A stretch of DNA of 64,000 nucleotides from an uncultured delta proteobacterium (GTDB lineage: Bacteria > Desulfobacterota > Binatia > UBA9968), in NCBI GenBank assembly GCA_963745835.1, contig CAVUZH010000019.1:64001-128000 (forward strand). The letters are read 5' to 3'. Position numbers and translations under genes: made by a program. Positions 27,758 through 37,353 of the stretch are shown in pieces. How positions within the stretch are numbered: position 1 is the first letter of the stretch; each line of letters opens with the position of its first letter. The notes under the pieces are model-generated. The model did not search any database, was not told where the DNA came from, and was given only the letters and a program-made list of their open reading frames with translations.

Positions 27758-29629
27758 ATGAAAAATAAGTTTCCGCTCGCTTTCCTCGCCGTCGTCATTG
27801 GATCATCGGGTTGCTCGTCGCTTTCGATGCCGTCCGTGCCCTGGTTCAAATCCGCAGCTCCCGTGGATCCGACTGCCGAGGCTTTATTTGCCGAAGGCAG
27901 CCGCTATTTCAATGAAAAGAAATACGCCCGCGCAATCGACGTTTTGCAAAAGCTAAAAACGGGACATCCGTTCAGCCCACTGCTCACCGAGACCGAATTG
28001 AAAGTTGCCGATGCCTACTATCTAAACGAGCAATATCCGGAGGCGATCACCGCATTCAAAGAGTTTCAGAGCCTTCACCCAACCAATGAAAATATTTCTT
28101 TTGTCCTCTTGAGGCTTGGACAAGCCCACTTGAACCAGTTCAGTTCGACCGATCGCGACCAAAAAAATACCGAGATCGCCAAGGGATATTTCGAAACCGT
28201 TATTACCAGCCATCCAAAGTCGCCCCACGCGCCGGAAGCCGCAGAGAAGCTGGCCAAATGCATTCAGTACCTTTCAGAGCACGAGTTCAACGTCGCGATG
28301 TTTTATCATCAGCAGGAAAAATATCCTGCCGCGAGAGATCGCTTCGAAGAAATTGTCCGTAAGTACAAGGGAACGCCAACTGCGATAAAGAGTCTCTATT
28401 ACCTGGGAGAAAGTTACAGAAAAGAAAAAAACTCCATAAGAGCTTCTCTCGCGTACGAAGCATTGATTCAGCATTATCCGGAAACCAAATTCGCAGTCGA
28501 GGCGAAAACTCAGCTGGCGCAACTGGATAAAGAGAAACAAGATCCATTGGCATTGCTGTTGATGCGAGACCGTCGCCCGGGCGCCGCTCTACCGGCGGAA
28601 ACTAAAGAAGAGCCGGCCCTTAGCAAACTGAAGGACCTAAATCTCGTAGCAAAAAAAGACCTGGTGTATGAAGAACCGGGAGCCGAAAAGGGAATGCTGC
28701 GCCGCGTGGCAGACAAGTTAAATCCCTTCTCTTCATCCGATGAGCCAAAAGATGAGCCAAAAGAAAGCGCAACGGAACTGCTGGTCAGACGCAAAGAAGC
28801 TGAGAAAGAGTCCAGCGGTATTTTCGCATCGCTCTGGCCATTCGGCAAGCAAAGCTCGAATGCGAACAGCAAGCCCAGCCAGAACACTGGGCTCGTAGGT
28901 CACATCGACGAATCCTTAAAGCAAAAGGGTATCGAAAACGCCGGACAGGCAACTTCAACTCCGCCGGTGGCGGATCTACCGAAGAGCAACGAGGCGCCTC
29001 CGCAAACAATGGACACTGGTGTGCTTGTGGGTTCGATCGATTCGAATCTCAAGAAGAGCGGTAAAACTTCCGAACTGCCACCGGCCCCGGAGGCAGCGGC
29101 GGCATTCAAAGATGTGGCTGCCACTCAAAACGCTGCGGTCAAAACAACCGCTCCAGCACAAAGCCCGGTCAGCAGCGGACTTTTGAGTAGTATAGATCAA
29201 AAGCTAAAATCACAGGGAGTCGAGCCATCCCGATTCGAATTGCCGCCTTCCCCAGCTGAGGTTACGGAAAGCGCGGTTAAGAATACTCCTCCAGTGAAAG
29301 TCGAATTAGAGCCGAAGGTAAGCGCGGAGAAAGGGCCATTGTTCCTGGCACCAGCGGAGCTTCCGAGCAGCGCCACAAGCAACCGCGCGGATGATGCGAA
29401 TACTAGTAATGCCAAGCCCGACGTTGCGGAAAAACCTCAGCCTGCCGACAGGATAGCTCCACGTAATCTCGTCCGCGGACCTACTCAATCGCAACCCGCG
29501 AATCGAGCAACAAGCCCCGCTGAACAGAAAAAGGCGACGCCGGACGAAGAAGAAACCAAAGGATTATTTGACCACCTGCGGGACGATGTTGAGAGCGTCA
29601 GTAAAATCTTGAATCCGTTTCGCTGGTAG
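27758..29629 (+). CDS. bamD: Outer-membrane protein assembly factor BamD with a long C-terminal extension
   Basis: Lipobox SSGC; HPFS...LKVADAYY, F-x-x-LHPTNE, DRDQ, LSEHEFNVAMFY; then about 360 aa of low-complexity tail. Confidence 0.88.
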   Translation: MKNKFPLAFLAVVIGSSGCSSLSMPSVPWFKSAAPVDPTAEALFAEGSRYFNEKKYARAIDVLQKLKTGHPFSPLLTETELKVADAYYLNEQYPEAITAFKEFQSLHPTNENISFVLLRLGQAHLNQFSSTDRDQKNTEIAKGYFETVITSHPKSPHAPEAAEKLAKCIQYLSEHEFNVAMFYHQQEKYPAARDRFEEIVRKYKGTPTAIKSLYYLGESYRKEKNSIRASLAYEALIQHYPETKFAVEAKTQLAQLDKEKQDPLALLLMRDRRPGAALPAETKEEPALSKLKDLNLVAKKDLVYEEPGAEKGMLRRVADKLNPFSSSDEPKDEPKESATELLVRRKEAEKESSGIFASLWPFGKQSSNANSKPSQNTGLVGHIDESLKQKGIENAGQATSTPPVADLPKSNEAPPQTMDTGVLVGSIDSNLKKSGKTSELPPAPEAAAAFKDVAATQNAAVKTTAPAQSPVSSGLLSSIDQKLKSQGVEPSRFELPPSPAEVTESAVKNTPPVKVELEPKVSAEKGPLFLAPAELPSSATSNRADDANTSNAKPDVAEKPQPADRIAPRNLVRGPTQSQPANRATSPAEQKKATPDEEETKGLFDHLRDDVESVSKILNPFRW

Positions 29630-29957
29630 GCAAGTCTAGACCCGAGTTAAGCGCTCCCCCTTTTGCCGTAACGACCCTGTGGCTGCGGGATTTATGCAAC
29701 TGTCCGGTTAAAAAAACCGCGGCGTTCGTTACGGCATTCTCTTCAGCATCCGACCGAAGTTTCCCCTCGCCAAACAGAACCGACTTTAGTCTTCGACCAC
29801 TGTGCAAGTCGGACGGATATCATCCCCATGCACGAGTACGGTCGGCGGGCAGCAAAGAATCGGCGATTAACCTCGCGCGTTCGAAAGCCAGCTCGGGGCG
29901 CTTACCGAATGAACGGTTTTTTATGACGGTTGCGCTTGTCTGAAGAGCTACAAATGG

Positions 29958-32900
29958 TCAGGGGTTACGCTGCCCTGGATTTTCCACTCCGAGTTTAGCG
30001 CCCAGTGCGGCCGTTGCGGCATCGGCTGGAGCACCTTTATCACCTCCGCGCAGTCTCGCAGGAAGGCTAACCAGAAAAGTTTGGCCCCGTTCGAGATAAA
30101 GATACATGACTGGAGTTATGTAGAGCGTCAGGATCTGGGATACCAGCAGACCGCCAACTACAGCGATCCCCAAAGGCTGTCTGGCCTCAGCGCCCGCGCC
30201 CCAGCCTATCGCGATGGGTATCGCGCCAACAATTGCGGCCATGGTTGTCATCATAATCGGCCGAAAGCGCACTAACGCCCCTTCATAGATGGCTTGGGCT
30301 GGGCTTTTGCCGTCGTTGCGTTGTCGCTCGAGAGCAAAGTCGATCATCATGATGGCATTTTTTTTCACGATACCGATCAACATGATCAAACCGACGAAAG
30401 CATAAATGCTCAGATCCATCTGCAGCAGGTAGAGGGCAATCAATGCACCAAGACCGGCGGAAGGAAGACCGGAAAGAATAGTCAGGGGATGAATAAAGCT
30501 CTCGTAGAGAATTCCCAAAACCAAGTAGACCACGAACACGGCCAGCGCCAAGAGGAGCCAGAGACTCTTGATCGACGATTGAAACTCCTGGGCGGTGCCT
30601 TGGAAGGTGGTGCTGATGGTTCCAGGTAAATTCTCCCGGGCCAACCCGTTGATAGTCTCCACCGCGTCTCCCAAAGCAACTCCTTCTCTTAAGTTAAACG
30701 AAAAGGTTACCGACGGCAGCTGTCCAGAATGATTTACCGATAGCGGCCCAGCGGAATAAATAAGACTCGCCAACGCTCCAAAGGGTACCATCGGTTGGGC
30801 TGTAGCGGTTTGGCCGGTGGTCGATCGAATATACAGCTGCGACAGCGCTGACGGATCGTTTTGGAATTTGGGATCTAGTTCGACGATCACCTGATATTGA
30901 TTATTTGGCGTGTTGATAGTCGTAATCTGTCTCGTGGCGTAGGCGTTCCAAAAAGCCTCTTCAACTTGTCGAGGAGAAATGCCTTGCGCCGTAATCCCCA
31001 TCGTAGCCATCTTGTCGCGGTCGATCACAACCTGCAACTGCGGGTTTTGGAGCTGCAGGTCGCTGCCTACATCGCGCATATCCGGCAGCGCTCTGAGCTT
31101 CTCTTCAAACGAGGCTGCATGGCGATAGAGTTCAGGGGCATTGGGACTTTGCAGCGTAAATTGATACAGACTTCGGCTTAGCCGGCCGCCGACTCTAATG
31201 ACCGGCGGGTTCTGCAACGATACGCGAATACCGGGGACTCGCGCCAACTTTGGCCGCAACTCACGAATCAACTCATCAGCAGAAAGCGGGCGTTCGGAGC
31301 GCGGCTTGAGCTTCATAAATATCCGACCGGTGTTGCCCGTGAGACCCGACCCGCCAACCCCAACGCTGGAAAAAAAAGACTCGACATTTTGATCCTCGGC
31401 GACAATGGCAGCTAATTCTTGCTGATACTGCACCATTTGTTCATACGAAACGCCTTGGGCGCCTTCAGTATTGATAATCACTTGTCCGGTATCTTCACTT
31501 GGAATGAAACCTTTGGGGACCAGACCGAACATGTAGATCGTCGCTAGCAGGACGACCAATGATGATACCACGGTCGTCACGTGGTGCCTCATGACCCACT
31601 GCAGAGTCACTTCATACGCTCTGTTCATGCCGTCCAAGCACCGCCCGAGAAAACGGTAAAGCCGGCCATGCTTCTGCTCCGAAGGCGGGCGCAGATAGCG
31701 GCTACACAGCATCGGAGTCAGGCTTAAAGAAATGAAGCCCGAGACAAGAATCGCTACACAGATGGTGACAGCGAACTCGCGCAAGAGCCTGCCAAGCATA
31801 CCGCTCATGAACAGCACTGGAATAAAGGCGGCCACCAGAGAAATCGTCATGGAAACAATCGTGAAGCCAATTTCTTTGGCTCCTTTAACCGCCGCGTCGT
31901 AGGGCCGCTCGCCCTCTTCCATGTGACGAACAATGTTTTCCAGCACGACGATCGCGTCATCGACCACGAAGCCCACGGCTAGGGTAAGCGCCATCAAGGA
32001 TAGATTGTTCATGCTGAAATCGAGCAGGTACATGATTGCGAACGTACCGGCTATAGACATCGGCAGTGCCAGGCTGGGAATGACGGTGGCTGAGATATTT
32101 CGCAGGAACAGGAAGATCACCAGCACCACCAGAAAAACGGTTCCTATCAAGGTGAGCTGGACATCGTGGACGGATTCTCGGATGGACTGCGTGCGGTCGA
32201 AGAATAGCTCGAGCTCAATGGACTGTGGAATCTGTGCGCGGAGAGTGGGAAGCACCGCTTTGATGGCGTCGACTACTTCAACGACATTGGCCCCAGGCTG
32301 TCGCTGAACGCCCAGGATAACCGCCCTTTCATTGTTGAACCAGCTCCCAGCTCTGGTGTTCTCAACGCTGTCGACGGCCTTGCCGAGATCCTGAACCCGC
32401 ACCGGCGCACCGTTGCGATAGGTCACCACCATCGGGCGAAAAGCTTCCGCATTGGTTAGTTGCGCGTCAGAGACTAAGGTGTAAGCGCGATTCGGCGCGT
32501 TCAAAGTCCCTACCGGCAAATCCACGCTGCCGCGTTGAACTGCCGCCACCACATCCTCGATGCCGATCTGCCGCGCCGCCAGCTGATTGGGATCCAGCTG
32601 CAATCTAACTGCGAATTTCTGCGAACCGATGACATCGACTTGAGCCACACCGCTAATCATCGAGATTCTCTGCGCCAGGATGGTTTGGGCAAACTCATCG
32701 ACCGTCGATAGAGGCAGCGTGGGCGATTTTAAAGCCAGGAGAAGAATGGAGTTGTTGGCCGGATTGACCTTTCGATACGACGGCGGGCTGGGCATATTCT
32801 GCGGCAAGTCGCGCGCCGAACGCGCGATCATCGATTGTACGTCTTGCGCCGCGGCGTCGATGTTACGGCCTAAGCTAAACTGCAGCGTGATCTGAGTTCG

Positions 32901-33161
32901 ACCCAAGGAACTTGTTGAGCTCATTGAATCGAGTCCGGCTATCGTAGAAAAGTTTTTCTCCAGCGGGGTGGCAACCGAGGACGCCATGGTCTCGGCACTG
33001 GCGCCCGGCAGATTGGCGTTGACTGTGACGGTTGGGAAATCGACTGTCGGCAGGTCGCTGACTGGCAGCGACTTATATCCCATGATGCCAAAGATCAAAA
33101 TCCCTAACATGACCAGGGTCGTCGTCACCGGTCTGCGGATGAAAAGTCCCGAGATGTTCAT
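29958..33161 (-). CDS. RND efflux permease (MdtB/MdtC-like)
   Basis: FIRRPV, GFVVDDAIVVLENI, GIVKKNAIMMIDFA, RFRPIMMTT. Confidence 0.96.
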   Translation of the reverse strand: MNISGLFIRRPVTTTLVMLGILIFGIMGYKSLPVSDLPTVDFPTVTVNANLPGASAETMASSVATPLEKNFSTIAGLDSMSSTSSLGRTQITLQFSLGRNIDAAAQDVQSMIARSARDLPQNMPSPPSYRKVNPANNSILLLALKSPTLPLSTVDEFAQTILAQRISMISGVAQVDVIGSQKFAVRLQLDPNQLAARQIGIEDVVAAVQRGSVDLPVGTLNAPNRAYTLVSDAQLTNAEAFRPMVVTYRNGAPVRVQDLGKAVDSVENTRAGSWFNNERAVILGVQRQPGANVVEVVDAIKAVLPTLRAQIPQSIELELFFDRTQSIRESVHDVQLTLIGTVFLVVLVIFLFLRNISATVIPSLALPMSIAGTFAIMYLLDFSMNNLSLMALTLAVGFVVDDAIVVLENIVRHMEEGERPYDAAVKGAKEIGFTIVSMTISLVAAFIPVLFMSGMLGRLLREFAVTICVAILVSGFISLSLTPMLCSRYLRPPSEQKHGRLYRFLGRCLDGMNRAYEVTLQWVMRHHVTTVVSSLVVLLATIYMFGLVPKGFIPSEDTGQVIINTEGAQGVSYEQMVQYQQELAAIVAEDQNVESFFSSVGVGGSGLTGNTGRIFMKLKPRSERPLSADELIRELRPKLARVPGIRVSLQNPPVIRVGGRLSRSLYQFTLQSPNAPELYRHAASFEEKLRALPDMRDVGSDLQLQNPQLQVVIDRDKMATMGITAQGISPRQVEEAFWNAYATRQITTINTPNNQYQVIVELDPKFQNDPSALSQLYIRSTTGQTATAQPMVPFGALASLIYSAGPLSVNHSGQLPSVTFSFNLREGVALGDAVETINGLARENLPGTISTTFQGTAQEFQSSIKSLWLLLALAVFVVYLVLGILYESFIHPLTILSGLPSAGLGALIALYLLQMDLSIYAFVGLIMLIGIVKKNAIMMIDFALERQRNDGKSPAQAIYEGALVRFRPIMMTTMAAIVGAIPIAIGWGAGAEARQPLGIAVVGGLLVSQILTLYITPVMYLYLERGQTFLVSLPARLRGGDKGAPADAATAALGAKLGVENPGQRNP

Positions 33162-34438
33162 GACGGGTCCCCTTCTTGTGCCTTTGCCTTAGCTTTGCGT
33201 TCCCTTTTTTCCTCTTTGCCTTGGCTGACGACGGTGTCTTTGATCTCGATGCGCGATCCGGGTCCCAGTAGAAACTGTCCCTCACGGACAATTTGTTCCC
33301 CGGCCGCAAGTCCTTTGATAATAACCGCCTCGCCACCACTCGTGGTTCCCAAGGTCACCGGTCTCACTTCAACCCGCTTGTCCGGTTGAACGACAAATAC
33401 ATGCTGGCCATCCTGTCCGACTTGAACCGCTTCGGAAGGAATGACAACGGCGTCGGGCTGGGTGGTGAGGGTCAGAGCGACGTTGATAAACTGCCCCGGC
33501 CATAAACGTCGCTCAGTATTGGCAAACACCGCTTTCAGTTTGATAGTTCCGGTAGAGCGGTCGACGGCGTTGTCGACGAATTCAAGCCGGCCCTGCTCGG
33601 CACGTCCTTCATCGGATTGAAAAGACGCGTCCACCTTCAGCTGTCCCGCATTCATGTGACGTTTGAGGTCGCTTAGATGTTGTTCAGGAACCGAGAATGT
33701 AACATGAATGGGATTTATCTGATTGATGATAACCAGCGGCGCTCCGTCATTGACCCGGACCAGGTTACCCTCGTTCACCAGCAAGCTGCCGACCCGGCCG
33801 TCGACAGGAGAATAAATGTAGCAATAGCTGAGCTGAACTTTGGCATTTTCTACCGCTGCTTTATCGGCTTCCACCACCGCCTCGGCGGCATCCGCGTTGG
33901 TTTTGATCAGATCATATTGTTCTCTGGAGACGTATTGTTTTTCCACCAGCTCGGCATAACGCCGCACTTGTTCGCGCAAGTTCTTGAGCTGCGCGTTATC
34001 GCGCTGCATATTAGCTTCTGCCTGCCTGAGAGCGGCTTCGAAAGGACGCGGATCGATAGTAAAGAGCTGCTGTCCCTTTTTTACGTCTTGCCCTTCTTTG
34101 AAATGCGCTTCCATGAGAACGCCGGTGACCTGACTTTTGATTGACACCGTTGTATAAGGCTCGACGTTACCAACGGCGCGGAGTTGTACCGGAACAGCCT
34201 TCTGAACCGCTGTGGCAACGAGGACCGGCACAGCCTCGCGCGATCGGGCGCCGCCTGCGCCGCCGCGCCCCTGATTATTGGCGCGACTTTGGCCGGACGA
34301 ACTTTGCGCCGCGCCTTCTTGCGCTTTGATTTCCGGATTATTCTGGGATCGATTCAATGACCATGAAGAGTATTGCTGGAAGCCGGCAAAAGCGCCTACA
34401 ACCACGAGCAGTATGACAAGCAAGAGCGTGCGCTTCAT
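33158..34438 (-). CDS. RND membrane-fusion protein (MdtA-like)
   Basis: FKEGQDVKKGQ...IDPRPF, SPVDGRVG, DRSTGTIKLKA, LWPGQF; start reset to ATG 34438. Confidence 0.94.
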   Translation of the reverse strand: MKRTLLLVILLVVVGAFAGFQQYSSWSLNRSQNNPEIKAQEGAAQSSSGQSRANNQGRGGAGGARSREAVPVLVATAVQKAVPVQLRAVGNVEPYTTVSIKSQVTGVLMEAHFKEGQDVKKGQQLFTIDPRPFEAALRQAEANMQRDNAQLKNLREQVRRYAELVEKQYVSREQYDLIKTNADAAEAVVEADKAAVENAKVQLSYCYIYSPVDGRVGSLLVNEGNLVRVNDGAPLVIINQINPIHVTFSVPEQHLSDLKRHMNAGQLKVDASFQSDEGRAEQGRLEFVDNAVDRSTGTIKLKAVFANTERRLWPGQFINVALTLTTQPDAVVIPSEAVQVGQDGQHVFVVQPDKRVEVRPVTLGTTSGGEAVIIKGLAAGEQIVREGQFLLGPGSRIEIKDTVVSQGKEEKRERKAKAKAQEGDPS

Positions 34439-34470
34439 TACCTCGAACCTCCTAGGCAACTTTGCATAGA

Positions 34471-35859
34471 CTACCTTATAGACCCAGGCTTAAGAACTCC
34501 AACGCGGTTGTCGCCCATAGCCCGCGCCAGCTGCGCATCGGCAATTCTGTACTCATAAAGCGCGCGAACATAGGTAGTTTGGGCGTCGGCGTATAAAGTC
34601 TCGGCATCGGTTACTTCAATAATTGAACCCACCCCGACCTGATAGCGCCCTTGCGCTAAATCAAGGTTTTCCTTGGCAGCCTTTGTCGCTGATTCGGTAG
34701 CTATAATCCGCTCCTGAGTTTCTACCACTCTGAGGTAGCTCTGCTCAACGTCCAAGGCAATCAGCTGTCGCCGCTCTTCTTCTTGAGCTCTGATATTATA
34801 GTAGTTATGTAAAGTCTCCTCGACCCGATTAGTCGTGCGGAAACCGTCGAAGATGGGAATATTGAGACTCAACTGCGCCTGCCAGGCGGATTGAAGCGGA
34901 AACGTGCTCTCACCGCTGCCGCTGGAATTTCTATACCCATAGAATGCGTCGAAAACGACGTCCGGCAAATGGCCTCTGCGGGCTGTCGCAATCAACTGGT
35001 CCGAAGCGCGCCTTTGTGCTTCAAAGCTACGCAGTTCCGTGCGGTTATCGAAAGCGATCGTGCGTGCGGCTGCCAAGTTCATGCTTAGCTCGACCTCAGG
35101 CGAGTCTTGGGCGACCGGTTGCTCCGGTAAGCGCGGCGACCCCATGGCATTTCTTAACGTGACCCAGGCAATTTTAACCGAGTTCTCAGAGCCGATGAGC
35201 TCGGCACGCGCCGTATAAAGGTTGGCTTCTGCGCGAGCGACATCGATGCGCGCGCGCGTACCAACCTCGTAAAATCCCTGAGCTTGACGAACCAGCAGCT
35301 CGCGGTTGCGCACCGTCTCCTGACTTACTCTCACCAACGCTTGTGTGCCTAAATATGTGTAGTAGGCCTGTTTGACACTCAGAACGATATCCTGCGTCGT
35401 GCTCGAAAAATCCTCGCGCGTGGCATCTACCGTCTCACGAGCGGCCTGCACTGTGCCTTCGCGTTTACCGAAGTTGTACAACGTCAGATTCAGATTGGCC
35501 TGACTGACGTAAGTATCAATGGCGCTGGAAGTGGTCCCGCTGGTTCCGGAAGCATTGGTCGTGCGGTAGGAATTGTTGAAATTGATCGTCGGATAATAGG
35601 CGGACATCTGCTGCCCCAGAATCGCTTCCTGTGAGCCAATTCTTGCCTTGGCTGCCCGGATCCTAGGGTGGTTTTCCAGACTGATGCGAACTGCATCTTC
35701 GATGGTCAGAAGCTTGCCTTGCGGCGGAGCCTGGATGGCCGGAGTCGCCTGGACCTGCAACGCCACGTCGGCCGCCAGGGAAACCGACACTGGGTTAACC
35801 GTTCCCAGCCAAACACACAGCAAAAGACATGGGAACAGAGTCGATTTCCACGGGGTCAT
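34471..35859 (-). CDS. TolC-family outer-membrane efflux protein
   Basis: Signal peptide, two OEP repeats (YEVG...DVARA; RYQVGVGS...EV); first gene of the RND operon. Confidence 0.93.
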   Translation of the reverse strand: MTPWKSTLFPCLLLCVWLGTVNPVSVSLAADVALQVQATPAIQAPPQGKLLTIEDAVRISLENHPRIRAAKARIGSQEAILGQQMSAYYPTINFNNSYRTTNASGTSGTTSSAIDTYVSQANLNLTLYNFGKREGTVQAARETVDATREDFSSTTQDIVLSVKQAYYTYLGTQALVRVSQETVRNRELLVRQAQGFYEVGTRARIDVARAEANLYTARAELIGSENSVKIAWVTLRNAMGSPRLPEQPVAQDSPEVELSMNLAAARTIAFDNRTELRSFEAQRRASDQLIATARRGHLPDVVFDAFYGYRNSSGSGESTFPLQSAWQAQLSLNIPIFDGFRTTNRVEETLHNYYNIRAQEEERRQLIALDVEQSYLRVVETQERIIATESATKAAKENLDLAQGRYQVGVGSIIEVTDAETLYADAQTTYVRALYEYRIADAQLARAMGDNRVGVLKPGSIR

Positions 35860-35972
35860 ACAATTCCTCCCTTAACTTCGTGCGCGCAGACTATAGTGGT
35901 TTTATTGGGTTAAAGCAAAAACCGCGGACTGCACAATAGTGTCTCTTTTCCGGCTGGAAATTCGCGGCAAAC

Positions 35973-36746
35973 CTAGGGGAGCTGGGCGAATATTCGAAGT
36001 GGCGCGCCGCTTCCCCCTTTGATTTTCATCGGGATCGCAAAGATCATTGCGCCCTTTGACGGCAGACGATCCAAAGCCGCAATGTTCTCGAAGATCGGCA
36101 CATTGGCGCCGCCGAGTATTTGATGAACAATGAAATCGCGCGAGGGCCCGTGATCGATACTGGGGGTGTCAACTCCAATGGCTTTGACGCCGCGCTGTCT
36201 TATCAGAAACTCCGCCGCTTCTTTCGAAAATCCTGGGAAATGAAGATTGGCTACGTCGCCTGGTTCATCTGTGCCGAAGTACTGCTTGCGATTACCCCAA
36301 TATTTACCCCATCCCGAGTACATCAAGACAATTGACTCCTTGGGAATGCGCCCGAAACGCTTCTCCCATGCGCGAATGTCTTGGAGGTTTAATCGATGAT
36401 CGCGATCGGCGCCGACCGCGCTGCGCACATCGATGATGACACCGGGACCGATTGTCCTCGCCAAAGGAATCTGGTCGATGGTCCACTTACCCTCGGCGAA
36501 ATGAAACGGCGCATCCAAATGCGTGCCAACGTGCTCTGCCCCACTGTATTCATACGCGGAATACCAGTAACCCGCCGCGGTTCGCCCTTCGCTGGTCTTC
36601 TCAAGATGAAAAGGCTTGGCGGTCGGCCAATGCAGAGTATCTTCGGCGAACGGGTAAGTCATGTCGATTAGCTTCTTGGCATCAGCCGCGTGCGCCGAAG
36701 ACGCAAATAAAGTTACGCAAAGTAAAAAGCCCACGACTGGTCGCAT
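35973..36746 (-). CDS. Cyclase-family (kynurenine formamidase/isatin hydrolase-like) metal hydrolase, secreted
   Basis: EHVGTHLDAPFHF, GVDTPSID, GGSGAPLR; AHA signal-peptide cleavage site. Confidence 0.92.
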   Translation of the reverse strand: MRPVVGFLLCVTLFASSAHAADAKKLIDMTYPFAEDTLHWPTAKPFHLEKTSEGRTAAGYWYSAYEYSGAEHVGTHLDAPFHFAEGKWTIDQIPLARTIGPGVIIDVRSAVGADRDHRLNLQDIRAWEKRFGRIPKESIVLMYSGWGKYWGNRKQYFGTDEPGDVANLHFPGFSKEAAEFLIRQRGVKAIGVDTPSIDHGPSRDFIVHQILGGANVPIFENIAALDRLPSKGAMIFAIPMKIKGGSGAPLRIFAQLP

Positions 36747-36891
36747 CGATCTACCTCCTACAATAAAGCGTCAAATAGAGTGACCTGCGCTGCCAAATAG
36801 GACGGCGACGAAAACGCGCCTGCTTTGCAGCGTCACCAGCAGAATTCGAGGGTGAAACTTCTACCCGCTCGCTATTCTTGAGCTTGTGGAG

Positions 36892-37329
36892 CTACCGCTT
36901 CTTACGGATAGATTCGAGTTGTCTTCTGGCATCGGTAAAGTCTGGCCTGAGATTGAGCGCAGCTTCGAACTCCTTTTCAGCCTCAAGGTAGCGTCCGCGA
37001 TCCGCCAAAGCCCTGCCCAGCTCGTAATGCGCAACCTCATCCCCGGGGCAAAGAGACAGGCCTTCGCGATAAAGCGCGATGGCCTGATCGCCAGCGCTTG
37101 CTATCTGGGCCTTCTCGAAATAATCGCGGAAAGCGCGGTTACAGTCCTGCTGCTTCTGATCTTGCAGCTGTTGATTCGCCAGCATCGTCTCGAGATCTTT
37201 GCGTTGTTGGGCGATTTCCAACTCTTGCTGTTTGATCTGCTCGGCTTGTTTTTGGAGGATTTCGGAATTGCAGGCAAACATAGTCGTCGCGAAGATAGCC
37301 AATGGAAATAAGCCGGACCTGCGAGTCAT
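36892..37329 (-). CDS. Small lipoprotein with coiled coil and TPR
   Basis: MFAC lipobox-like sequence, Gln-rich coil, TPR AHYELGRAL. Confidence 0.75.
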   Translation of the reverse strand: MTRRSGLFPLAIFATTMFACNSEILQKQAEQIKQQELEIAQQRKDLETMLANQQLQDQKQQDCNRAFRDYFEKAQIASAGDQAIALYREGLSLCPGDEVAHYELGRALADRGRYLEAEKEFEAALNLRPDFTDARRQLESIRKKR

Positions 37330-37353
37330 CTCTTTAACCGGCGCAGCCGTGAG

